NCBI GenBank assembly: GCA_963716745.1
Contig: OY970320.1
Location: 576,001 to 640,000, forward strand
DNA from: an uncultured Gemmatimonadaceae bacterium
GTDB taxonomy: Bacteria; Gemmatimonadota; Gemmatimonadetes; Gemmatimonadales; Gemmatimonadaceae
Length of the DNA stretch: 64,000 nt
Reading direction: 5' to 3'
Shown piece after piece: positions 1-12,471 of the stretch. Both the position numbers and the translations under genes were made by a program. Each line of letters begins with the position of its first letter. Position 1 is the stretch's first letter. The notes below the pieces were generated by a model. The model made no database searches and was not told the DNA's origin. It saw nothing but the letters and a program-made list of their open reading frames with translations.

Positions 1-67
1 GCCCCAGCACGCCGCACGTGATGTCCCGCTTCTGGATCTTGGAAGAGAGCGTTTCGTAGTTGGTCAT
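1..67 (-). CDS. N-terminus of a nucleotide-sugar dehydrogenase (partial, runs off the window)
   Basis: Manual translation from ATG at 67: MTNYETLSSKIQKRDITCGVLG, resembling the lead-in to a Rossmann GxGxxG motif. Confidence 0.5.
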   Translation of the reverse strand, partial: MTNYETLSSKIQKRDITCGVLG

Positions 68-139
68 GCCGGCGGGCCGAGGTTCACGAAGGGATGCGGC
101 AAGCTAACCGCCGCTCGCAGGGCGAACAAGCGAAGGCGA

Positions 140-1430
140 TCAACCCTTCGCGCCGGCGGCGCGCATTCGCCCGAGTGCTGCGGCGTCGAGCCGCACGCGG
201 ATCACCATCTCTTCGCCGTCGTTACGTTGGTCGATCACTTCGCCCGCGCGGTGCAGCTCGGCGAGCAGTCGGCCATCGCTCGTACTGACGCGCAGTTCGG
301 TGACCGGCTTCAGCTTCCGCACGATCCCGAGCAGCGCGCGCCGCAGCGGCTCGAGGCCATCCTCCGACACGGCGGACACGAACACCGAATCCGGCGCGAT
401 GTCCTTCGCGCGCGCGTGCAACCCCGGGAGCGCGTCCTCCGCCACAAGATCCATCTTGTTGAAGACGACGAGCATCGGCCGGTCGCCGGCGCCGAGTTCC
501 TCGAGCACTTCGGTCACCGTGCGCGCTTGGTCCTCCCAGAGCGGGTGGCTCGCGTCGATCACGTGCAGGAGGAGGTCGGCCTCTCGAACTTCCTCGAGCG
601 TGGCGCGGAAGCTCGCGACGAGATCGTGCGGCAGCTTGCGGATGAAGCCCACGGTGTCGGTCACGAGCACGCGCTGTGATTCGCCGAGGTCCACCTCGCG
701 CGTGAGCGGATCGAGCGTCGCGAACAGGCGGTTCTCCACGAAGATGTCCGCCGCTTCGGCAAGCGAGCGCAGGATCGAGGACTTGCCGGCATTCGTGTAG
801 CCGACGAGCGACGCGCGGAAGCTCGTGCGCCGCGACGACCGCTGCACGGCGCGCGCGCGCTGCACGTCAGCGAGCTTGTCCTTGAGCGCGCCGATGCGGT
901 GGCCGATGAGGCGGCGGTCGGTCTCGAGCTGCGTTTCGCCGGGGCCGCGCATGCCGATACCGCCTCGGAACTTCTCGAGATGCGTCCACATGCGCGTGAG
1001 GCGCGGCAGCAGGTATTCGAGCTGCGCCAGCTCCACCTGCATCTTGGCCTCGCTCGTACGCGCGCGCACCGCGAAGATGTCGAGGATCAACTCCGCGCGG
1101 TCCATCACGCGCTTCCCCACCGCGTTCTCGATGTTGCGCAGCTGCGCCGGGCGTGAGCTCGTCGTCGAAGATCACGAGCGTGGCCTGCTTCTCGTCGATG
1201 AGCGACTTGAGCTCCTCGAGCTTGCCGCTGCCGAGGTAGGTGCCCGGGTGAGGCCGGTCGAGGAGCTGCGTGACCTCGCCCACGACCGTGGCGCCCGCGG
1301 TGTCGGCGAGCTCCGACAGCTCCTCGAGATGTTCGTCGAGGCGCCGCCGCGCTCCCGCGCCCTTCATCGGCGCACCGACCAACAGCGCGCGCTCGACGAC
1401 GGTCTCCAGCGAGATCATTTCACGGGTCAA
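140..1430 (-). CDS. hflX: GTPase HflX (frameshift near 1150)
   Basis: ELSELADTAG...FDDELTP in ORF 867..1430; ILDIFA, GPGETQLE, GYTNAGKS, LFATLDP, DTVGFI, NKMD in ORF 140..1120. Confidence 0.93.
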
Positions 1431-1467
1431 ATCGGTGCTCCGCTAATGGATCCAGTCAACGAACTGC

Positions 1468-1558
1468 TTGACAGGATTAACATGATTTTGATGATTTGAA
1501 CGACTCGGTTGCTCGGCATTTCGCCGTTCCATCAAGCAAATCATGTTAATCCTGTCAA
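1468..1558. repeat. AT-rich palindrome with perfect 21-bp arms
   Basis: TTGACAGGATTAACATGATTT (1468-1488) and its reverse complement AAATCATGTTAATCCTGTCAA (1538-1558). Confidence 0.9.
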
Positions 1559-2932
1559 AGCTCTTTTTTGTCGTCTGGTGAATCAGTCGGGCTCTTGAGA
1601 CTCTCCCACCACGCGATGCGCTTGGCGATCTCCTTCTCGAAGCCGAACTTCCCGGGCTCGTAGAATCGTGCGTCGGCAATCTCGTCCGGGAGATACTGCT
1701 GCGGGATGTACGCGTTCTCCGAGTCGTGCGCGTACTTGTAGTCCTTGCAGTACCCGAGATCCTTCATGAGCGCGGTGGGCGCGTTCCGGATGTGAAGCGG
1801 CACCGGTGCGGCCGGCGTCTCGCGCGCGGCGGCCATCGCGCCGCTCCAACGCACGCTTGGTCGCGTTCGACTTGGGCGCGGTGGCCAGGTAGATGGTCAT
1901 CTCCGCCAGCGGAAGATAACCCTCGGGCGCGCCGAGCATGTGGTACGCGTCGCGCGCGGCCATCGCGAGCTGCAGCGCGTTCGGGTCGGCGAGGCCGATG
2001 TCCTCCGCGGCCATCGCGATCGCGCGGCGGAAGAGGGTCATCGGGATCCTCGCCGCCGTCGATCATGCGCGCCATCCAGTAGAGCGCGCCCTGCGGATCG
2101 CTGCCGCGCAGCGACTTGTGGTACGCCGAGAGCGGTTGAAGTGCTCTTCCCCGCTCTTGTCGTAGCGCGCGAAACGCTTCTGCAGCGCCTCGCGCACGAC
2201 GTCCACGGTGATCGTGCCGTTGAAGCCCGCGTGTGCGGCGGCGGCCTCGAGCGCGGTGAGCGCGCGGCGCGCATCGCCGTCGGCCTCCGTAGCGAGCAAC
2301 GCGCGCGCATCTGGCTCGAGCGTGAGTTTGAGACGGCCCAGGCCGCGCGACTCGTCGGTGAGCGCGCGGTCGATGAGCGCCGTGATGTCCTCCGCCGTGA
2401 GCGGCTCGAGCACGAACACGCGCGTGCGCGAGAGCAGCGCGCCGATCACCTCGAACGATGGATTCTCGGTCGTCGCGCCGATGAGCGTGACGGTGCCGCG
2501 CTCCACGTGCGGCAGGAACGCATCCTGCTGCGACTTGTTCAACCGATGGATCTCGTCCACGAACAGCACGGTGCCCCGCTGATTCGTCGCCAGCCGCTCC
2601 TCGGCTTCCGCTATGATCTCGCGGAGCCGCGGCACGCCCTCGGTGACGGCCGAGAACGGGACGAACGCGCGGTCGCCATGCTGCGCGACGAGCAGCGCGA
2701 GCGACGTCTTCCCGCTGCCCGGCGGACCCCAGAAGATCATCGAGTCCACCCGCCCCTGCTCGATCGCGACGCGCAGCGCCTTGCCGGGCGCGAGCAGCTG
2801 CTGCTGCCCCGCGAACTCGTCGAGCGTGCGCGGCCGCATGCGCGCGGCGAGCGGCTGCGCCGCCACGGGCGCCTGGAAGAGTTGCGACTCGCTCCCGGCG
2901 CGGCCTTTCCCCACTGCGGCGCGCGACTTCAT
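1555..2932 (-). CDS. rarA: Replication-associated recombination protein RarA/MgsA (about three frameshifts, near 2135, 2040, 1850)
   Basis: PLAARMRP, GPPGSGKT, DEIHR, GATTENPSF; then AEDIGLADP, YLATAPKSN; then VPLHIRNAPT and YKYAHD in successive frames. Confidence 0.92.
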
Positions 2933-3639
2933 GCGGGCATCAGCGCGCGGGCGCCGAGATAGGTCGCCACTCCGACGAAGAATCCCGCCTGCAAATGCCA
3001 GCCGCGCTTCGCCTGGAATTCCGGGATCAGGTTCGACGCGCCCACGTACAGCGTGACGCCCGCCGAGAGCGCGAGCCCCCACGTCGCGAGCCACGGGATG
3101 CGCGGCGTCGCGATCGCCCCGAGCACGGTCGCCGCGCCAAGCAGCGCCGCCGCGAAGAACGCGCGCCGGCGTCCTGCGCCCGCGGCGAGGAACAGACTCG
3201 CGATGGCCAGCCCCTCGGGCAGCTTGTGCAGCGCGATCGCGAGGAACACCAATGCGCCGAGCTGCGCACTCGCGGCGCTCGCGCTCGCGATGGCCACCCC
3301 GTCCACGGTGGTATGCACCATGAGCCCGATGAGCGCCGAGACGCTCACCGCCTCGGAGACCTTGTGCGTCTCCTCGCCGAAATGGAAATGCGGCGCGAGC
3401 GCGTGCTGCGTGAGGTGCACCGCGAGGAATCCGCCGAGCGCGACGACGGCCGCGGTCCGACCGCCCGCCGCGTACGCCGCCGGCAGCATGTCGAGGAGCG
3501 CCACCGAGATCATGAAGCCCGCCGCGAGCGCGATGACGGTCTCGAGCGCGCGCATGCTCCAACCGGAGCGCCATGTGACCGCCGCGGCGCCGGCAAGATT
3601 CGCCGCGGCCGCGGCGAGCGCGAGCACGAGCGGCGTCAT
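2929..3639 (-). CDS. ZIP (ZupT/GufA) family metal transporter
   Basis: Hydrophobic helices, HFHFGEETH loop, HTTVDG and HKLPEG motifs; start MTPLVLA at 3639. Confidence 0.85.
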   Translation of the reverse strand: MTPLVLALAAAAANLAGAAAVTWRSGWSMRALETVIALAAGFMISVALLDMLPAAYAAGGRTAAVVALGGFLAVHLTQHALAPHFHFGEETHKVSEAVSVSALIGLMVHTTVDGVAIASASAASAQLGALVFLAIALHKLPEGLAIASLFLAAGAGRRRAFFAAALLGAATVLGAIATPRIPWLATWGLALSAGVTLYVGASNLIPEFQAKRGWHLQAGFFVGVATYLGARALMPA

Positions 3640-4169
3640 GCCGCTGCCAGCCCCAGGGTATTCGCCGCGCGCGCGACGAGCTCGCTCAATTCCGGCGCCG
3701 GTGACTCTCCGTGCCGCGCGAACTTCCAACTCTTCGTGCGCACGAGCCGCTGCTCCTTGATCCCCTTCCCTTCGAGCACGTTCGCCCAGCGGTCGCTCTG
3801 CGAATAGATGAACAGTTCGCGCACGGGATTCAGCGTGAGCTGATCGTTCGGCGTGAACACCATGATCTGCACGCCGCCGAGGGCCACCAGCGGTTGCTCG
3901 AGCGCCGCGAGTGCCTCGCGCACGGCGGCGCCCGATGGCGCCGGTCCTTTCCACGAGCGCTCGGCGTGCTTGTCGTCCATCTCCACCGTGACAGCGCCGC
4001 TCAATTCGCTCAACAGCGAGAAGAAGAGCATGACCGCGCCCTGCTCGCCGGCCACCACGTGGAACGCCCAGTAGCCGCCGGACTCCTTCGTCATCGTGAA
4101 TCCGCTCGGCGCGGTGCGGAATTGATCCCAGAATGGCATTTGCAGCGGATGGTCGCGGAAGATGGACAT
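3636..4169 (-). CDS. Hypothetical protein (177 aa)
   Basis: ORF fills the gap between coupled neighbours; protein-like composition. Confidence 0.7.
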   Translation of the reverse strand: MSIFRDHPLQMPFWDQFRTAPSGFTMTKESGGYWAFHVVAGEQGAVMLFFSLLSELSGAVTVEMDDKHAERSWKGPAPSGAAVREALAALEQPLVALGGVQIMVFTPNDQLTLNPVRELFIYSQSDRWANVLEGKGIKEQRLVRTKSWKFARHGESPAPELSELVARAANTLGLAAA

Positions 4170-4173
4170 GGCG

Positions 4174-5493
4174 CTACTTGGTCTCGAGCGCGCGCGCCAG
4201 CAGCGCCGTGCGCGTGTTGCGCGCCGGATCCTCTAATACCCACTCGAGCAGCGATTGGAGCATCTTCCCCATCGCCGGGCCCGCCGGGATCCCCGCGCCG
4301 CGCAGATCGTCACCGTCGATCGCGAGATCGCCCATCTCCACCGGCTCGTGGAACGCCGCGCGCGACATCCGGCGGTACAGCGACGCCACGCGCTCAGCGG
4401 TGGGCGCGGGCATAGACGCGCCGCGCTCCGCCGCATAGCGCGCCGCGAGCAGCCGCATCACCGCGCCCACGCGCAGCCGCCCGGCCGCCGCCACCCAGCG
4501 GCGCACCATCACCGCCGTCACCGGCGCGCTCGCCGAGATCGCGGCGCGCACCTGCGGCTCGAGCGCGCGCCACCGCTCGAGTACTTCCTTGATCCACGAC
4601 ACGTCGCTGTTGGAGAACTTGAGCGCCTTGAGCGCGCGCTCGGCATCCTTGGGCGCGAGTTCGGCGAAGAGTGCGGTGAGGCGGTCGATGCGCCGCTCCG
4701 GGTGCGCGGCGCCGCGCGGCTGCGCCATCGCGTCGAGCGACTTGAGCGTCACGTCGCTCACGCTCGCGAGCGGCGGCACGAGCGACTTGAACGCGCCGCT
4801 CGCGCGCCAGAGCTTCATCGCTTCACTCGGCCACGCGACCTGCTCCATCGACTTCTCGAGTTCCTGCTTCACGCGTTCCATCGAGAGGCGGCCGAGGTGC
4901 GGCGCGCTGTCCACGATCGCTTTCCAGGTGGCCGAGTCGATCGTGAATCCGAATCGCGCCGCGAACCGCAGCGCACGCAGCGCGCGCAGGCGATCCTCCT
5001 TCATGCGATCGGCCGCCTTGCCCACCGCGCGCACGACGCGCTGCTCGAGATCGGCGCGGCCCTCGAATGGATCGTGCAGTTCCTTGCGCGACGCCGAGTA
5101 CGCGATGGCGTTGATCGTGAAGTCGCGCCGGGCGAGATCCTCGTCCAGCGACGCGCCGAACTCCACTTCGGCGTGGCGGCCATCCGTCTTCACGTCGCGG
5201 CGGAAGGTCGTGACCTCGTGCATGCCGCCGGCGGGATCGAGCACGCCCATCGTGCCGAACTTGATCCCCACGGGCACCGTGCGCTTGAAGAGTCGCTTCA
5301 CCTGCGTGGGCGTCGCGGCGGTGGCGAGATCCCAGTCGAGATGCGCCTCTCCCAGCAGCGCGTCGCGCACGGCGCCCCCAACGAACCAGGTCTCGAAGCC
5401 CGCGCCCTCCAGCGTGCGCGCGATGTCGAGCACAACGCCCGGTGGCTTCAGGTGCGACTGATCGCGCGCATTCATTCGCTCTGGCTCCGCCAC
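4174..5493 (-). CDS. cca: CCA tRNA nucleotidyltransferase / poly(A) polymerase family (start may be 5475)
   Basis: VGGAVRD, DWDLAT, EVTTFR, DLARRDFTINA, EDRLRALRALRF. Confidence 0.9.
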   Translation of the reverse strand: MAEPERMNARDQSHLKPPGVVLDIARTLEGAGFETWFVGGAVRDALLGEAHLDWDLATAATPTQVKRLFKRTVPVGIKFGTMGVLDPAGGMHEVTTFRRDVKTDGRHAEVEFGASLDEDLARRDFTINAIAYSASRKELHDPFEGRADLEQRVVRAVGKAADRMKEDRLRALRALRFAARFGFTIDSATWKAIVDSAPHLGRLSMERVKQELEKSMEQVAWPSEAMKLWRASGAFKSLVPPLASVSDVTLKSLDAMAQPRGAAHPERRIDRLTALFAELAPKDAERALKALKFSNSDVSWIKEVLERWRALEPQVRAAISASAPVTAVMVRRWVAAAGRLRVGAVMRLLAARYAAERGASMPAPTAERVASLYRRMSRAAFHEPVEMGDLAIDGDDLRGAGIPAGPAMGKMLQSLLEWVLEDPARNTRTALLARALETK

Positions 5494-6455
5494 TCGAACA
5501 CTTCTCTGATGCCCGCCATGTCGAGGCCGTCACCGAGCGCGAGCAGCAGATCTATTCGCGCTTGCGGAGGACGGCGGCCACCCGCGAGGATCGTGCCCAT
5601 CGCGTGCAGCCGGCGCCCGCCACCTTCGTAGGCGTACGTTTCGCCGACGCGTCCGCGCTGCGCGCGCGAGGCGATCACGACCGGCTTCCCCTCCGCGATC
5701 CAGCGCGCGATGCCCGGCACCATCGCGGGCGGCACATTTCCGCGCCCCATCCCCGCCACCACGAGCCCGCGCGCGGTGGCACGCGATGCTTCGAGCAACC
5801 GGTCGTCGGCGCCGGCCCACGCGTACACGATGTCCACCGGTCCGCCAGGCGCCGTGGGAGTGAGCACCGGCGGCGCGGGCGGCAGCGCGCGCCGGAATAT
5901 CACGGCGCCATCGTCGATCACCGCGATCGGGCCGAGTCCCGGGCTCTCGAACGCATCGAGCAAGTGCGTATGCGCCTTCGTGACGTCGAGCCCCGTGAAG
6001 ATGCGCCCACCCATCGCGACCATCGCGCCGAATCCGCGCGAGTCCGGGCTCGCGGCAACGCGCACCGCATCGAGGAGATTCGCGGGTCCGTCCCAGCCAA
6101 GATCGCTCGCGGTGCGCATCGCGCCGGTGAACACCACCGGTTTGTCGCCCGGCACCGAGCGCGCGATGAGATACGCGCTCTCCTCGAGCGAATCGGTGCC
6201 ATGCGTCACGACCACGCCGGCCACGTCTGCGCGCGCGAGATGCTCCATGATGCGCGCGCGCAGCGCCCACATGCGCTCGATCGTCATGTGCGGCCCGGGG
6301 AACGCGCCGAACTCATCCAGCTCCACCGGCGCCACGCTCTCGATGCCGCGCGTCGCCGCGAGGATCTCCTTCCCGCTCAGCGCCGGCACCGCCCCGCCCT
6401 GCGCCGAATCCATGCGCATGGAGATCGTGCCACCGGTGAAGACGATCGGGATCAT
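5472..6455 (-). CDS. L-asparaginase
   Basis: FTGGTISM, VVTHGTDSLEE, TGAMR, DGPANL. Confidence 0.92.
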   Translation of the reverse strand: MIPIVFTGGTISMRMDSAQGGAVPALSGKEILAATRGIESVAPVELDEFGAFPGPHMTIERMWALRARIMEHLARADVAGVVVTHGTDSLEESAYLIARSVPGDKPVVFTGAMRTASDLGWDGPANLLDAVRVAASPDSRGFGAMVAMGGRIFTGLDVTKAHTHLLDAFESPGLGPIAVIDDGAVIFRRALPPAPPVLTPTAPGGPVDIVYAWAGADDRLLEASRATARGLVVAGMGRGNVPPAMVPGIARWIAEGKPVVIASRAQRGRVGETYAYEGGGRRLHAMGTILAGGRRPPQARIDLLLALGDGLDMAGIREVFEWRSQSE

Positions 6456-6462
6456 GCCGCGC

Positions 6463-7218
6463 TCACCCGCACAGCACGCTGCCGCCGTTCACGTTCACGA
6501 TCTCGCCGGTGATGTGTCGGGCCATCGCCGAGCAGAGGAACACGATCGGCCCCGCGATGTCCTCGGCGGTCGCGATGCGCCCGATCGGGATCGTCGCGGC
6601 GATGCGCGCGCGCCCGCCGCCGGCGTAGGGCACGGCGGCCATCTCGGTGTCCACCCATCCGGGCGCCACACTGTTCACTGTGATGCCGCGCGGCGCGGTC
6701 TCGATCGCGAGCGACTTCACGAAACTGATCATCGCGCCTTTGCTCGCAGCGTAATCGGCGTGCATCGGCTCGCCGCGCTGGCCGGCGGTAGAGGACACAA
6801 GCACGATCCTGCCGCCATCACTGAGGATGCGGAGCGCGGCGCGCGTGGAGAAGAACATCCCGTCCACATTCTCCTTCATCGTGTTCGACCATCGGCCATC
6901 GGCCATCGTCTCGGCGGTCGCCGCCTCCACCGGCCAGATGCCTGCATTCCCGATGAAGAAGTCGATCCCGCCGAACACCTTCCTAGCGCGCGCCGCCAGT
7001 TCTTCCGAACCCCTGCTCGTCGAGATATCCGACGCGTGCGCAAACGCCTTCACGCCGAGCGCAATGCAACGCTTCACGATCGCTTCGGCGTCCGCGGCGC
7101 GCGTGTGGTAGCCGATCCCCACATCCACTCCTCCCTTCGCGAGCATGAGCGCCGTCGCCGCGCCAATGCCCCGCGACCCGCCTGTGACCAGCGCACGCTT
7201 TCCCTTGAGATCGATCAC
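6463..7218 (-). CDS. SDR family oxidoreductase (FabG-like)
   Basis: TGGSRGIG, NAG, YAASK, VAPGWVDT; GTG start overlapping the upstream stop. Confidence 0.9.
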   Translation of the reverse strand: MIDLKGKRALVTGGSRGIGAATALMLAKGGVDVGIGYHTRAADAEAIVKRCIALGVKAFAHASDISTSRGSEELAARARKVFGGIDFFIGNAGIWPVEAATAETMADGRWSNTMKENVDGMFFSTRAALRILSDGGRIVLVSSTAGQRGEPMHADYAASKGAMISFVKSLAIETAPRGITVNSVAPGWVDTEMAAVPYAGGGRARIAATIPIGRIATAEDIAGPIVFLCSAMARHITGEIVNVNGGSVLCG

Positions 7219-7778
7219 AGCGCGCTCTCCACCAGCTCGCAGATCACGTGTTCGATGCAGAGGTGGATCTCCTGCGCGCGATCGGTGCGCTGCGTGGGCA
7301 CGACCACCGAGTGATCGGCGAGCGCCTTGAGCTTTCCGCCGTCGCGCGCGGTGAACGCGAGCACGGGTACGCCTCTCGTCTTCGCCGCCTCGGCCGCGCG
7401 CAACACGTTGGGCGACGTGCCGCTCGTCGAGTGGATGATGAGCAGGTCGCCCTTCCGGCACAGCGCTTCCACCTGTCGCGAGAACACGTACTCGAAGCCG
7501 AGATCGTTCCCGACCGCGGTGAGCAGCGATGTGTCCGTCGTGAGCGCCACCGCCGGATACGCACGGCGATCCTTCATGTACCGCACCACGTACTCGGCGG
7601 CCATGTGCTGGGCGTCGGCCGCGCTGCCACCGTTGCCGCAGAAATAGAGCGTGCCGCCGCCTGTCACCGTGGCGCGCACCATCTCCAGCGCGCGCTCGAG
7701 CTGCGGAGCGATCGTGTCGGCCGTACGAGTCGCCGTGTCGGCGAGTTCGCGCAGTGCCTGCGTCAGTCGGTCGGTCAT
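7215..7778 (-). CDS. gmhA: Phosphoheptose (D-sedoheptulose 7-phosphate) isomerase, SIS domain
   Basis: CGNGGSAADAQH, GND, FSRQV, STSGTS, QEIH. Confidence 0.92.
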   Translation of the reverse strand: MTDRLTQALRELADTATRTADTIAPQLERALEMVRATVTGGGTLYFCGNGGSAADAQHMAAEYVVRYMKDRRAYPAVALTTDTSLLTAVGNDLGFEYVFSRQVEALCRKGDLLIIHSTSGTSPNVLRAAEAAKTRGVPVLAFTARDGGKLKALADHSVVVPTQRTDRAQEIHLCIEHVICELVESAL

Positions 7779-8533
7779 GGGCGTCCGGTGATGAGGGCGC
7801 GGAGTCGGGCGAGCACGCCCTCCTCCACCTCGGGGATCGGGTCTACGGGAAGCATCCCCTGATTCGCGAGGACGCGTCCGGGATTCGTCTCGGTGAGCAG
7901 TACCGCCTGTTCGGCCGCGCCGATCTCCTCGAGCCATCGGCGCGCCGTCACGAGCGAGCGCATGTCGGCGTGGTTATCGCTGGCGATACAATCCACGAGC
8001 CCGTGCTGGAGCAACGCACGCGCGAGCCGGCACATGGGCGCGTTGCCGAACAGCATCGCGGAGTCCACCTGCATCACGGCTCCCGATCCACGCCATTCCT
8101 CCACCTGCTCGAGCGTCGCGCCGCGGTAGCGCTCCGGATGCGCGAGCACCGGCACCATGCCGCTCATGCGCAGCCGGTAGATCTCGCGCGCCGCATTCGG
8201 CGGCACGGTCATGCCGGCGAACTCCACGAGCGCGGCATTGGATCCGCCCAGGTGCAGTTCCGTGCGCGTGAGATCCACGCCCGGCAGATCGAGCTGGATC
8301 TCCCAGCCCGTGCGCAGCGCGAGCGTTTTCGGAGCGTGCGCTTGCAGCTCCGCGTGCAGCGCCGCGTGCTCGGCGACCGGGGCGTCATCCGCGCGGCTCG
8401 CGTCGAGATGCGGAGTGCACACGAGCACGGTCACGCCCTCTCTCGCGAAGCGCTCGAGCACCGGCAGCGCCTCGCTGAGCGACTGCGCGCCGTCGTCCAC
8501 CCCGGGCAGGAGGTGGCTGTGGATGTCGATCAC
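7775..8533 (-). CDS. CpsB/CapC (YwqE) family PHP tyrosine phosphatase
   Basis: MIDIHSHLLPGVDDG, TPH, AHPERY, ASDNH. Confidence 0.9.
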   Translation of the reverse strand: MIDIHSHLLPGVDDGAQSLSEALPVLERFAREGVTVLVCTPHLDASRADDAPVAEHAALHAELQAHAPKTLALRTGWEIQLDLPGVDLTRTELHLGGSNAALVEFAGMTVPPNAAREIYRLRMSGMVPVLAHPERYRGATLEQVEEWRGSGAVMQVDSAMLFGNAPMCRLARALLQHGLVDCIASDNHADMRSLVTARRWLEEIGAAEQAVLLTETNPGRVLANQGMLPVDPIPEVEEGVLARLRALITGRP

Positions 8534-9264
8534 GCGCGCGCCGCGAGGGCCAGCTCGCGAACGGCGCGCGCGCCGCCCTGTTCGAATCGCGTGCCCACCA
8601 CGACGAAATCCGCGCCGGCCGCGCGCGCGGCGCGCACGCCATCCGCGCTGCGCACGCCGCCGCCCACGAACAGGGGCCCGCGCGCCGCCTCGCGCGCGGC
8701 ACGGATCATCTCCGGCGCCACCGCGCGCGTCGCGCCGCTGCCGGCATCCACGTACGTCGCGCGCAGACCGAGCGTCATTCCTGCGCGCACGTGCGCCGCG
8801 AGCAATTCCGGTTTGTCGGCGGGAAGGGGACGCGTTTGGCTCACTGACTCCACGCTGGTTACGCGCCCGCCATCCACGAGACAGTACGCCGTCGCGATCA
8901 CTTCGATCTCCGGGTGCCGCTCGAGGAACGGCACGGCGCGCACATGCTCTTCGATCAAGTATTGCGGGTTCCGCCCGCTGATGAGCGACAGGAACAGCAC
9001 CGCGTCCACGCCGGCCACGAGTTGCGCCGCGGTCGCGGGGAATTGCAGCACCGGCAATTCGGGCGCGGCCTCCTTGAGCGCTCGAGCGAGCGCGCCGCTG
9101 CTCGCATCGCCGCCGAAGCTCGTGCCAAGCAGCAGCGCGGCGGCGCCTTCGTCCGCAGCGCGCCGCGCGAGTTCGGCCGCTTCCACGGGATTCGTGCGCG
9201 CGGGATCGACGAGCACCGCGAGCCCGCCGGCGCTCTTCCCTGTGAGCGACGCGTACACGCTCAC
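8530..9264 (-). CDS. Geranylgeranylglyceryl/heptaprenylglyceryl phosphate synthase (PcrB family, group II-like)
   Basis: VLVDP, FP, SLISGRNPQYLI, YVDAGSG, VGGGVRS, GADFVVVGT TIM-barrel motifs. Confidence 0.85.
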   Translation of the reverse strand: MSVYASLTGKSAGGLAVLVDPARTNPVEAAELARRAADEGAAALLLGTSFGGDASSGALARALKEAAPELPVLQFPATAAQLVAGVDAVLFLSLISGRNPQYLIEEHVRAVPFLERHPEIEVIATAYCLVDGGRVTSVESVSQTRPLPADKPELLAAHVRAGMTLGLRATYVDAGSGATRAVAPEMIRAAREAARGPLFVGGGVRSADGVRAARAAGADFVVVGTRFEQGGARAVRELALAARA

Positions 9265-9580
9265 GAGTCGAGCTCCGCCGCGACCTCGCCCACGCGCCAC
9301 ATAGCCCCCTCCGCGATCTCGGCCAAGAGATCCTGACGCTCGGCCGCCGCCTCGAACGCGTACGTCACGAGCGCGTCGGCCGCGAGCAGGTCGAGCGCGC
9401 GCTCACGGCCGGCTTCCTCGTCATCCTTGAGCGACACGAGCAGCGATTCCATCGCGTCGAGGCATCGCACGACGGTGAACTCCGCGTCCTGCTTGGCGGT
9501 CGCGCCCAGCGCATCGCGCACGCGCGCCGCAAGATTCTCCGGCGGAACCGGCGTCCGCCCGGCGAGCCACTCGGCGATGG

Positions 9581-9584
<4 letters not shown>
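9261..9584 (-). CDS. Hypothetical protein (107 aa)
   Basis: 4-bp overlaps with both neighbours; helical LDLLAADALVTYAFE segment. Confidence 0.7.
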
Positions 9585-12389
<2,805 letters not shown>

Positions 12390-12403
12390 CTATGAACGGC
12401 AGA

Positions 12404-12470
12404 GCATCGTGCATCGGGCATCGTGCCTCGATTCTCGCCCTTTCGAGGCGCGATGCACGATGCACGACGC
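12404..12470. repeat. Palindrome of tandem heptamers
   Basis: GCATCGT GCATCGG GCATCGT GCCTCGA (12404-12431), 11-nt loop, TCGAGGC GCGATGC ACGATGC ACGACGC (12443-12470). Confidence 0.85.
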
Positions 12471-12471
12471 C

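Noticed and set aside
2063..3954. Apparent ZIP-RarA fusion and long N-terminal extensions in the ORF track
   Set aside because: They come from picking the most upstream start; the real starts overlap upstream stops in ATGA/GTGA fashion
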